49,381 nt of DNA, taken from assembly GCA_020722415.1 (NCBI GenBank), contig DYKV01000004.1, forward strand, positions 1 through 49,381. Direction: 5' to 3'. The notes beneath the pieces are model-generated. The model was not told the DNA's origin. It ran no database searches and saw only the letters and a program-made list of their open reading frames with translations. This DNA comes from Anaerolinea sp. GTDB taxonomy: Bacteria; Chloroflexota; Anaerolineae; Anaerolineales; UBA4823. Below are positions 1 to 6,913 of the stretch, in pieces. The stretch's first letter is position 1. Every line of letters starts with the position of its first letter. A program made the position numbers and the translations under genes.

Positions 1-52
1 CTTTTACAAAAAATAAAATGAACCTAAGACAAAAACTAACATCTGATATCCA

Positions 53-82
53 AGAGAGGACTAACTTAAAGTCCTCTCTTTT
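53..82 (+). terminator. Rho-independent terminator-like hairpin
   Basis: Perfect 10-bp stem AGAGAGGACT/AGTCCTCTCT with a 7-nt loop, followed by TTT. Confidence 0.55.
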
Positions 83-114
83 GGGACATCAGCAGAGAGT
101 TGTGGATAAATAGA

Positions 115-411
115 ATGATCAAACACGAAAACAACAAATACGTACTCTATACGAAAGACGGATCTAAAATACTAGGCCGCCATGATTCATATGAGTCTGC
201 ACTGAAACAAGAGCGTGCTATACAGATGAGTAAGCACGCAAGCATTATACTCTCCCCCGGAAAACTTATTCATTACGCTCATGGGCAACCAGGTAAAATT
301 ACTAGATCTATTGCAGAACTGTTTGACAACGACCCTGAAGCTGCCAAAAGAATACTGCAGGAGCTTATCGAAAAGGGTCATCGTAGGCCTGGATATCTTA
401 AAGACAGGTAG
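115..411 (+). CDS. Small hypothetical phage protein (N-terminal KHxxNKYxLYTKDGSKxLGxHxSxxxALKQERAI motif)
   Basis: ORF 100..411 with an internal ATG at 115. The motif resembles small conserved phage proteins of unknown function. The RBS is weak. Confidence 0.5.
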   Translation: MIKHENNKYVLYTKDGSKILGRHDSYESALKQERAIQMSKHASIILSPGKLIHYAHGQPGKITRSIAELFDNDPEAAKRILQELIEKGHRRPGYLKDR

Positions 412-426
412 CTCATTGAAGATCAT

Positions 427-959
427 ATGCGAAGGATACTTAAGCAGATAGGGGTCAAGCAGAACTATCCTTATCCTACGTATGCAGTTGTCAAGACGAA
501 GTACGCCCCTAGTAGATTCGATGGCGAAAGTTCGTTTGAACTGCCTTTGGATGATATAGCAGAATCTACCAGCTTTACGATAGGTGATAGTTTCCCAGCG
601 TTACACGGTCGCACCACTCCTGGCAGGGTTCTAAATAGAGAGTTGTGTGGATCTAAGGTAATAAACTTGGAGGATCTGACCGGTTGGACGCGAAAGATAG
701 GTTGGATAAGCAGCTAAACACTATATACAACAGGAACAAGGTGATAGGCCGCTCTCCGGATGATTATATATAGGCTCAGATATGGGAAGATCCAGCTAAA
801 CTGGAATCAATGATAAAGAGGTCTGGAATGATGACGAAGCACGCCTCCGCAGGTCAAGGATACGTTGCCTTAAAAGCAAAATTAGCAGCTGACATCGAGG
901 CTATGGCCGTGGAGAAAATTGCCATGATAACCTTGCCGTTAGAAAAGATCGGTGGATAG
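427..959 (+). pseudogene. Possible frame-broken coding remnant
   Basis: ORF 427..717 has no RBS. A second frame is open from 657 to 959 with protein-like sequence (..DRLDKQLNTIYNRNKVIGRSPDDYI*AQIWEDPAKLESMIK..). That frame is interrupted by an in-frame TAG at 771-773. Confidence 0.3.
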
Positions 960-968
960 GAGACTTAT

Positions 969-1117
969 ATGCTAAGACAGGCATTAATACAATCCGTGCT
1001 GCAGAAAACAGCTGCCAGGGCGATAAACTGCCGACCTTCAGAACAGTGCTAAAGCATCGGGGTCTCCTGCCATAAATAATGCAGTGGCCATGGGGCTCAG
1101 ACCAGCATTCGCTTAAC
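969..1117 (+). pseudogene. Possible decayed paralogue of the 1198..1533 gene
   Basis: A short ORF MLRQALIQSVLQKTAARAIN.. resembles the N-termini of the next two genes (MLKQAMSEIVSLTAMQKLAR.., MLLKESLVKNIKTAAG..). A different frame ends ..IMQWPWGSD.., compared with ..AMQWHGNWGYKR at the end of 1198..1533. Confidence 0.25.
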
Positions 1118-1197
1118 TAAATTAAGTAAAGGCTATTGACTCTAGACTTTCTAAGCAATAGTGGCTATTATGTTTGATATAACTTTAGGAGAAAACT

Positions 1198-1533
1198 ATG
1201 CTTAAGCAAGCCATGTCCGAAATTGTAAGTTTAACTGCAATGCAAAAGTTAGCCAGAGTTGACTATGGCCACATGAAAAAAGTGATTCAAATGCTGAATT
1301 CAAAAGCTCCGGGTGCCAGGCAGCTTTTTAACGGCAGCATGCGTGCGATACAGTTACAAAACATCAACCCTATATCTCAGTCCCAGCTACAACATGGCAT
1401 GTCTCGCAGCCAGGAATTCATGAATGCCCTCAAACAAAACACCAAGCCAGAATTTATCCCGCTGAGAACTCAGGCACTGCCGCAGAGCCCAACGGCTATG
1501 CAATGGCACGGTAACTGGGGGTACAAAAGATAG
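1198..1533 (+). CDS. Hypothetical protein
   Basis: 111-aa ORF with a good RBS (TTAGGAGAAAACTATG). Confidence 0.6.
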   Translation: MLKQAMSEIVSLTAMQKLARVDYGHMKKVIQMLNSKAPGARQLFNGSMRAIQLQNINPISQSQLQHGMSRSQEFMNALKQNTKPEFIPLRTQALPQSPTAMQWHGNWGYKR

Positions 1534-1534
1534 T

Positions 1535-1831
1535 ATGCTTCTAAAAGAATCGTTGGTTAAAAATATAAAAACAGCTGCCGGCGATAAGTATTATGACTGG
1601 TATGATAATGCTTTGAATAGGAGCAATAAGTTCATGTCAAAGAATAAAGCTTTTATACCAAAGCCCATGCTGAGTCAGCAAGCTACGAACGCACCTGTGG
1701 CTAACCCGAAGCGAAGTATTTATAAAGGCCTTGCCGGAGCTGGTATTGCGGCGATAGGCGCATACTTGCTTAGAAATAATTTAAATAAAGTTTTTCAGGA
1801 AATTAACACTTCTGGGAGGGTAAATGACTAA
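1535..1831 (+). CDS. Hypothetical protein with C-terminal hydrophobic segment
   Basis: 98-aa ORF packed tightly after the previous gene. It carries a GLAGAGIAAIGAYLL segment. Confidence 0.6.
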   Translation: MLLKESLVKNIKTAAGDKYYDWYDNALNRSNKFMSKNKAFIPKPMLSQQATNAPVANPKRSIYKGLAGAGIAAIGAYLLRNNLNKVFQEINTSGRVND

Positions 1832-2099
1832 GATGCTAGAAAAAATATTTTATGAAGAATTTATTAAATCCGGGCGTTTTGCTGACTCTGACAAGAAAGA
1901 ATCTGACTTTGATGCGCGAGAACTTGCTATGGGCATCGAAGTCGAAGCCGAACATACGGTTAACAAGCAAATAGCTAAAAAAATAGCGCTCGACCATTTA
2001 GCTGAAATCCCAGACTATTACACTCGTTTAGCTAAAATGGAACGAGAGGCAAAGCAAGATCCCAGAGAACGAGCTACATATGACTTTGATTTACGATAA
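1824..2099 (+). CDS. Hypothetical protein, DUF5661-like
   Basis: RBS GGGAGGG. The motif ELAMGIEVEAEHT...IALDHLAEIPDYYTRLAKME matches the pattern I recall for DUF5661, a family of unknown function in phages. Confidence 0.6.
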   Translation: MTKMLEKIFYEEFIKSGRFADSDKKESDFDARELAMGIEVEAEHTVNKQIAKKIALDHLAEIPDYYTRLAKMEREAKQDPRERATYDFDLR

Positions 2100-2158
2100 A
2101 AATAACCTAAATCAAACTTTACCAAATATAACCTCTGACAGCGAATATACTGCTGAGC

Positions 2159-2428
2159 TTGATAGCCTCGATGTTCTGGGGGAGCCTGGGGACGAGTTAT
2201 CGGGCAGTCGTACTGAAATTTATCGCGCCAGATATTATGCTCAGACATAAAAATTTGATAAGCCAGGGACTTACTCATGGCCATGATAGTTTCATACCGC
2301 ATATGAGCCTGAAATACAAGCCAGACTCTGAAGATATTAAGATCTTAGAAAATGCCTTCTTCGCAATCAAAAAGCGTTTAAATAGCATTAAATTTTCAGA
2401 CGAATACTCAGAAAAGCTTGAAAGCTAA
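2159..2428 (+). CDS. Hypothetical protein, start uncertain
   Basis: 89-aa ORF from a TTG with no convincing RBS. An upstream out-of-frame open stretch suggests a possible frameshift. Confidence 0.35.
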   Translation: MIASMFWGSLGTSYRAVVLKFIAPDIMLRHKNLISQGLTHGHDSFIPHMSLKYKPDSEDIKILENAFFAIKKRLNSIKFSDEYSEKLES

Positions 2429-2449
2429 AAAAAGCGCGGACGTATCCGC
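2427..2449 (-). terminator. Rho-independent terminator for the 2451..2867 gene
   Basis: On the minus strand: GCGGA-TACG-TCCGC hairpin followed by GCTTTTTTT. It starts 2 nt after the stop codon. Confidence 0.55.
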
Positions 2450-2450
2450 A

Positions 2451-2867
2451 CTAGATTTTCTTAACTAAATCATAAATTTCACGCAAGTCTAAATGAATTG
2501 CATGGCTCTGTAACTTAGTCGCTACATCTAAGAGCTTATTAAGAGCTTCGGTTTTATTTATGTGTGAATGCGCTGCGGCTTTTTCTAAGCTATCTATTTT
2601 TTCGATAGCAAGCCGGCATTGCTTTAATAAATTCTCACGAGAAAGACTAGCCAAGTCGTCGGCAATACCTCTCCCGTCCAGTACGTCTCTGAGAACATTC
2701 GCGAAATAAAAGCTCTGCAGCCCCGTGAAGAAAATTGCGGACATTCCTACCCAATAAATTAAACGAACATCCGTGCTTTGATTAATAAACAGCACGAACA
2801 CAAGTACACTGCCCAACATAGCGGCCGCAAGTGAAATCTCAAAAACAATTAATAAACTCCCTTTCAT
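2451..2867 (-). CDS. Membrane protein (two N-terminal TM helices, helical C-terminus)
   Basis: 138-aa ORF with RBS AAAGGAG. Hydrophobic stretches LLIVFEISLAAAMLGSVLVFVLFI and IYWVGMSAIFFTGL. Confidence 0.7.
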   Translation of the reverse strand: MKGSLLIVFEISLAAAMLGSVLVFVLFINQSTDVRLIYWVGMSAIFFTGLQSFYFANVLRDVLDGRGIADDLASLSRENLLKQCRLAIEKIDSLEKAAAHSHINKTEALNKLLDVATKLQSHAIHLDLREIYDLVKKI

Positions 2868-2912
2868 GTTCAGCTCCTTTGATTTTTTTAATTATCCATA
2901 ATATACTGTAAG

Positions 2913-2940
2913 TACTATGCTTATAGAAAAACTCGCAAAA
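2913..2940 (-). promoter_or_regulatory. Promoter-like motif (TATAAG class) upstream of 2451..2867
   Basis: Minus strand reads GAGTTTTTCTATAAGCATAGTAC, about 50 nt upstream of the ATG. It belongs to the recurring motif family described in the findings. Confidence 0.4.
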
Positions 2941-3081
2941 GACGTGGCAGCCGCATCTCAGAAAAAACTAAGAGCCATGGCCAAAAAGCTGTTTAAATCC
3001 AGCAAACAGCCTGGCCTGACTGATTTAGAGCGCAAGGTGATTGTCGGCATCTTGAAACTCATAAAACGCAAGATTAAATAG
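2917..3081 (+). CDS. Possible small basic protein (54 aa)
   Basis: ATG-initiated ORF MLIEKLAKDVAAASQKKLRAMAKKLFKSSKQPGLTDLERKVIVGILKLIKRKIK. It ends at a terminator hairpin. No SD is visible, so it may be leaderless or spurious. Confidence 0.3.
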   Translation: MLIEKLAKDVAAASQKKLRAMAKKLFKSSKQPGLTDLERKVIVGILKLIKRKIK

Positions 3082-3114
3082 CCGGAGGTTTGACGCCCCC
3101 GGCTATTTTGTTTT
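3081..3114. terminator. Bidirectional terminator-like hairpin
   Basis: GCCGGAGG-TTTGACG-CCCCCGGC (7 of 8 bp paired) followed by TATTTTGTTTT on the + strand. It lies between convergent small ORFs. Confidence 0.55.
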
Positions 3115-3205
3115 AGTCCCAGTCGTCGGTGTCGCCATAGTCCGTTATGGCGCCGTAGTCATGGTCATCATCCATGTCCCAGTCAAAGCTATCATAGTCA
3201 CCCAT
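3113..3205 (-). CDS. Possible 30-aa highly acidic/aromatic peptide
   Basis: MGDYDSFDWDMDDDHDYGAITDYGDTDDWD with RBS AAGGA 8 nt upstream. It is the last ORF of the AAA ATPase operon. Confidence 0.3.
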   Translation of the reverse strand: MGDYDSFDWDMDDDHDYGAITDYGDTDDWD

Positions 3206-3338
3206 ATTAATTTTTCCTTTTTTAGTCCCACCAAGCATGAAGCTTGTCGTCTAGACTCTCAATAGAGTCTGATTATGCTTTTCTTCTCATCTGCCAAGCC
3301 TAGAATCTCCAACGCTCGGCCGTAATTTTCTCTAAGCT

Positions 3339-3518
3339 TCATAGTTTCCCCCTTACAAGCTCAGTCTTCTGCTGATAGAACTCCGGCTTCATCTTGGTCT
3401 CGGTAACATCTCCGAGTTTCTCTATAAGTTTAGTTGCTTCGAAGCAGCTCCCACCGACAAATCCGTCGGCGTCGATTTTGTACCCATCGGGGGAGCACGT
3501 TATTTTTATTGTTGGCAT
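3339..3518 (-). CDS. DUF2997-like small protein (59 aa)
   Basis: Below the ORF-track cutoff. MPTIKITCSPDGYKIDADGFVGGSCFEATKLIEKLGDVTETKMKPEFYQ.. fits the DUF2997 pattern (beta-hairpin, GxxGxxC, LG, E(F/Y)Y). RBS GGAGAG; starts 4 nt after the DUF1257-like gene. Confidence 0.6.
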   Translation of the reverse strand: MPTIKITCSPDGYKIDADGFVGGSCFEATKLIEKLGDVTETKMKPEFYQQKTELVRGKL

Positions 3519-3521
3519 AGC

Positions 3522-3887
3522 TTACTCTCCTACGTTCACGAATAGTTCAATTTTGGTGTCCGAGATTACTCTCTCGGTCACAACATGGCCCTGTTTCCGA
3601 TAGGCTTCAGCTGCTATTTCCGTCCTGAGCCTGGTGTTGAATCCATCAAGCTCAGATTGTTTTCCCCAGGAGCCGTTGTAGTTATCCATTTTGATGGTTG
3701 TGCCGTTAATTACTATCGGATAGCGCCAGTTTTTTAATTTTATGCCAAAGCCAGTCTCTTTCGAAGAGTATAATTTATGCTCCCCCCAGCCCAGGAATTG
3801 CCCGCCGACTTTCTCGGCAGCGCGCTTAAGTGCATTTTCGTGTGTTTTATTTATGTTTATGTTTTTTACTTCAGACGTATGTGACAT
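3522..3887 (-). CDS. DUF1257 (Ycf35-like) protein
   Basis: MSHTSEV.. start, then GFGIKL, DNYNGSWG and AAEAYRKQGHVVTE, collinear with the DUF1257/Ycf35 pattern as I recall it. RBS AAGGAG. Confidence 0.65.
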   Translation of the reverse strand: MSHTSEVKNININKTHENALKRAAEKVGGQFLGWGEHKLYSSKETGFGIKLKNWRYPIVINGTTIKMDNYNGSWGKQSELDGFNTRLRTEIAAEAYRKQGHVVTERVISDTKIELFVNVGE

Positions 3888-3902
3888 ACGTTCTCCTTTC
3901 AG

Positions 3903-5417
3903 TTAGATGGCAAGTTTGCGCCAAGATTTCTGTATAGCAGTGACAGTGTCTTCGACGCCCACGCTTTCGTTCGCTGGCCGAGCATTTTTATTTGCCCAGT
4001 CCCGCATTTTCTCAAATAAGTTTTTATTTTGATGGTAAATAGGCCGAATATTTGCCATGGCCTGCTCGAACCCTTCAAATCTAGAGCTTTTGCAGAGCTT
4101 TTCGATTTCGGCCCCAGTCCAGTTGTGCATACTACTTACAGCCTCTTCTGGGACTTGAGCGGCATATTTTTTATTATGGATCTTGAGGATTTCTTTCTTC
4201 TCAGAATCAGATGGTGTATCCACGAAGAAGACATCGTCAAACCGCCGTATCAACGCTCCATGAGAGACTTCTAACAACGGCTGGATATCATTACAAGTGG
4301 CCACGATAAATTTTGGCTTCTTACTTTCCTGCATCCAAGTAAGCAATTTACCAAACATGGCGCTACTCGTACCGCCGTCAGAGTGATTCGAGCTGAGAAC
4401 ACCGCCTACTGACTTCTCTATTTCATCCAGCCAGACTACCGCAGGCGAGATTGCATCGATAAGATTTAACGCCTGCCCCATTTTCGATTCCGACTCGCCG
4501 ACATACTTAGATTTTAAGCTGGCTATGTCGAGCTTAATCAATGGCATTTTTAGTATGCTTGCAATGACTTTAGCACTCAGGCTCTTGCCACCTCCGGGAA
4601 GTCCCATGAGCAATATCCCTGTCGGTGTTGGTAGGCTCGGGTCATTAAAGCCAGCAGCACGGGAATGCATATATTTCTTAAGCTTTTCCAGACCACCGAG
4701 CTCGCCCTCGTCAACGGCCGGGAATATTTCCATCATGCCAGATTTCTTAACAGCCTCAAGTTTAAATTTTTCCAAGTCCGTCCGGACGAATTGCCTTTCG
4801 TTTTTGACTAACGATAGCGAGTACGCGCTAGTGGCCTCGAGTTCAGTCAGGCCAGAGACTGCTTTAATTATGTCCCCATCCCAACTTAAGGCCCCCAGCC
4901 CATTTTCATTCTTTAGTTGCACAGCCAGTCTCTCCAGGTCGGCAGTACTGGGCAAACTCATGTGCGCGAGCATTACTTCTTTTTCGAGCTCCTCAGGTAT
5001 CATGTTCGTGTGTGATACTAGAAACACGTGCTTCAAGAAAGCTTTCGATGCAATAAAGTCTTTTATGGCGCGGATAAAAGCAATATTGCCCACTAGCTTG
5101 TGCGCATCTAGAATAACTAATATTGCCGCTGGATTTTTGCCTGAGGGGGCCTCGACCTTCCCCTGCTCGGTAAAGAACTGAACCGCCCCCACCGGGTCGG
5201 ATATTTGTGCCATATCGGCCGCTGCGATCTGCTGTCCGGGGGTGGTGTGCACTGCCTTGAGCTGATTTACCACATCATAAGACATGACCGAGAATCCTCT
5301 TTCATTTCTGAACCCAGCCATAAGGTCCAGCATTCGGCTGTCCTCATGGGTCTGGACCCAAATAACTGGTATGGCCGCCGAAACAAAATCTGAAATTTCC
5401 TGCAAGTGATTGTGCAT
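3903..5417 (-). CDS. AAA+ ATPase, Ycf46-like (degenerate N-terminal domain plus one active AAA module)
   Basis: Walker A GLPGGGKS, Walker B VVWLDEIEK, sensor/Arg finger region ..ATCND.., ..LIRRFD... The N-terminal PVIWVQTHEDSR is typical of the Ycf46 family. RBS GGAGGG. Confidence 0.9.
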   Translation of the reverse strand: MHNHLQEISDFVSAAIPVIWVQTHEDSRMLDLMAGFRNERGFSVMSYDVVNQLKAVHTTPGQQIAAADMAQISDPVGAVQFFTEQGKVEAPSGKNPAAILVILDAHKLVGNIAFIRAIKDFIASKAFLKHVFLVSHTNMIPEELEKEVMLAHMSLPSTADLERLAVQLKNENGLGALSWDGDIIKAVSGLTELEATSAYSLSLVKNERQFVRTDLEKFKLEAVKKSGMMEIFPAVDEGELGGLEKLKKYMHSRAAGFNDPSLPTPTGILLMGLPGGGKSLSAKVIASILKMPLIKLDIASLKSKYVGESESKMGQALNLIDAISPAVVWLDEIEKSVGGVLSSNHSDGGTSSAMFGKLLTWMQESKKPKFIVATCNDIQPLLEVSHGALIRRFDDVFFVDTPSDSEKKEILKIHNKKYAAQVPEEAVSSMHNWTGAEIEKLCKSSRFEGFEQAMANIRPIYHQNKNLFEKMRDWANKNARPANESVGVEDTVTAIQKSWRKLAI

Positions 5418-5493
5418 CTTTTCCCTCCGATGCTAAATTTTTCTTAATATGACTTCAAGAGAGTATTAGCTAATTGCTAATACGCTCTCTATA

Positions 5494-5520
5494 CATTATG
5501 CTTATAACTGATTTCAGGGC
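5494..5520 (-). promoter_or_regulatory. Promoter-like motif (TAAAT-N-GTTATAAG class) upstream of the AAA ATPase operon
   Basis: Minus strand reads GCCCTGAAATCAGTTATAAGCATAATG in the divergent intergenic region 5418-5592. Confidence 0.45.
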
Positions 5521-5592
5521 TAGTTTTGAGCTGTTGACTAAAGCACTAAATATTCATATGTCTTATAAAGACCTTGTCAGATTGGGAGATCT

Positions 5593-6342
5593 ATGGAAAA
5601 GTCAATCTTAATAATCGAGTGTGTCGAGTCGGTTAAGTTATCCGAAGAATTAATAAAAGCATGTGAGTCCCAGGGAATCAGCGGCTTGAATTTTAAAATT
5701 GCCAAAACTCAAGATGCGGCTGATATGTTACTTGCGTCCGACAAAAGCATTTCAGCAGTCATTTACCCCAAGGATAAAGGATTTGCCTACCACATTTTAG
5801 ATAATACACAAGATTATCAAACACTAGCCAGTCTGATGCAGCACATAAGAGCCGAGACTTTTAAAGCGCTGACGCCGACTGACCGAGTGGTTGGGGATGT
5901 CTTCTATCAAAGTAGCGATTTGGCAGAAAAAGAGCACCAGGATCTAGTAAAGGCCAACGAGAAGAAATTCGGCAGTCGAGATGATCTATCTGAGATATTA
6001 ATCACGCTTAAAAGCTTCGGGTTACTAAGCAACGATAAAAACTTCTGCCACTGCCACTTTGACAATCAAGAGGCAATCTTAGATTGCAAATATAAAATAA
6101 AGTCTCTGACAGATGACTTAGAAAAAGCGTGTAAAAGTCTCAGGAGCATAGAAACAGAAATATCTAATTGTCCTTTAAAGAGAAATCTGGTAGACTCAAG
6201 TAAGCCTGCCGGTGATGGTGCCAGCAAAAGCATAATTATTGCAATTGTAACACTGTTCGGGACAATCATAACGGGCGTGTTTTTATTCTTAGGTGAGATA
6301 TTTAAGGCACTGGCGCCTTTAATGGATAAGCTGTTTAAATAA
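5593..6342 (+). CDS. Hypothetical protein with C-terminal membrane anchor (first gene of the late + strand block)
   Basis: 249-aa ORF with RBS GGGAG. C-terminal TM IIIAIVTLFGTIITGVFLFLG. It sits immediately upstream of the endolysin, so a lysis role is possible but unproven. Confidence 0.65.
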   Translation: MEKSILIIECVESVKLSEELIKACESQGISGLNFKIAKTQDAADMLLASDKSISAVIYPKDKGFAYHILDNTQDYQTLASLMQHIRAETFKALTPTDRVVGDVFYQSSDLAEKEHQDLVKANEKKFGSRDDLSEILITLKSFGLLSNDKNFCHCHFDNQEAILDCKYKIKSLTDDLEKACKSLRSIETEISNCPLKRNLVDSSKPAGDGASKSIIIAIVTLFGTIITGVFLFLGEIFKALAPLMDKLFK

Positions 6343-6355
6343 AGGAGATTTGACT

Positions 6356-6895
6356 ATGGCCCTCAACGCTGAACAATTGAAATTCTGTAGAGAACTTAAG
6401 CTAAGCCCACATTTCACTTTGTTAGAGTTAATTAATTCAACAAGCCACTTCGGCCTAGTAGACTTTCCGAATAAAGACATCATAGCTAAGTTGGAGTGGC
6501 ACGCAAAAGATATCTTAGAGCCTTTACGTGAGAAATTTGGACGGATCAGAGTCAACTCTGGCTATCGAAACCCGTTTTTAAACAACGCCGTTGGTGGCGT
6601 AGAAAACAGCATCCATCAGATTTACCATAAAGGCAAATATCTCGGAACTGCGACGGATATTTTCCCAATTGAAGAGCCTGACTTCGTAAAAGTCATGGCC
6701 TATATTAGCAAAAAAATCCCGGCTGTGAAGCGCGTAATTTTGTATCGAGACCCGTCGCTGGGACTGTCCAGGCCTTTTTTACATTTGGATAGGGATGCCC
6801 GTGTTCCAAAAGACAAGACCGTTTTTATGGAAAAAATATCCAAAACTAAGTATATTAACTTCGATACTACTCAGTTTGACCAGTACGAATTTTAA
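6356..6895 (+). CDS. Peptidase M15 (M15A/Peptidase_M15_3-like) endolysin
   Basis: FTLLELINS.., LEPLREKFGRIRVNSGYRNPFLNNAVGG, S-x-H...G-T-A-T-D and FLHLD zinc-ligand pattern. ATG at 6356 with RBS AAAGGAG. Confidence 0.85.
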   Translation: MALNAEQLKFCRELKLSPHFTLLELINSTSHFGLVDFPNKDIIAKLEWHAKDILEPLREKFGRIRVNSGYRNPFLNNAVGGVENSIHQIYHKGKYLGTATDIFPIEEPDFVKVMAYISKKIPAVKRVILYRDPSLGLSRPFLHLDRDARVPKDKTVFMEKISKTKYINFDTTQFDQYEF

Positions 6896-6913
6896 GTTTT
6901 TAGGGGGGTCGTC

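Noticed and set aside
2159-2428. 2H phosphoesterase (LigT/Acb1-like), suggested by FIPHMSLKY, an HxS/T-type motif.
   Set aside because: Only one His motif is present and the ORF is half the expected size. No upstream HxT motif appears in any frame. The evidence is insufficient to call it.
3259-3342. The 27-codon ORF MKLRENYGRALEILGLADEKKSIIRLY looks like the start of a DnaJ J-domain (Y..ILGL....IK.AY).
   Set aside because: The ORF stops before any HPD motif, and no frame continues with J-domain sequence. The similarity is too short to be meaningful. It is kept only as a note within the AAA-operon finding.
4525-5181. A 218-aa + strand ORF antisense to the AAA ATPase. Similar long antisense ORFs occur at 15967-16437, 24275-24739, 27816-28241, 35167-35760, 42938-43459, 19018-19449 and elsewhere.
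   Set aside because: Their Ser/Leu/Pro/Ala-rich composition is typical of the antisense frame of real genes. They have no RBS, and each is fully nested in a well-supported gene on the other strand.
2913-5510. The + strand reading TATGCTTATA of the recurring motif contains TGCTTA, which resembles a T4 MotA box.
   Set aside because: The orientation is opposite to the genes the motif precedes. The conserved part is the minus-strand GTTATAAG with its upstream TAAAAT, so the resemblance is coincidental.
5535-5570. Sigma70 or sigma28-type promoter for the late + strand block: TTGACT at 5535 with TATAAA at 5564, or TAAA-N17-GTCTTATAA.
   Set aside because: The spacings (23-24 nt for the -35/-10 pair, 17 nt for a FliA-type promoter versus the expected ~15) do not fit either consensus. 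Similar GT(T/C)(T)GATATA boxes at 1172 and 26626 are too degenerate to call.
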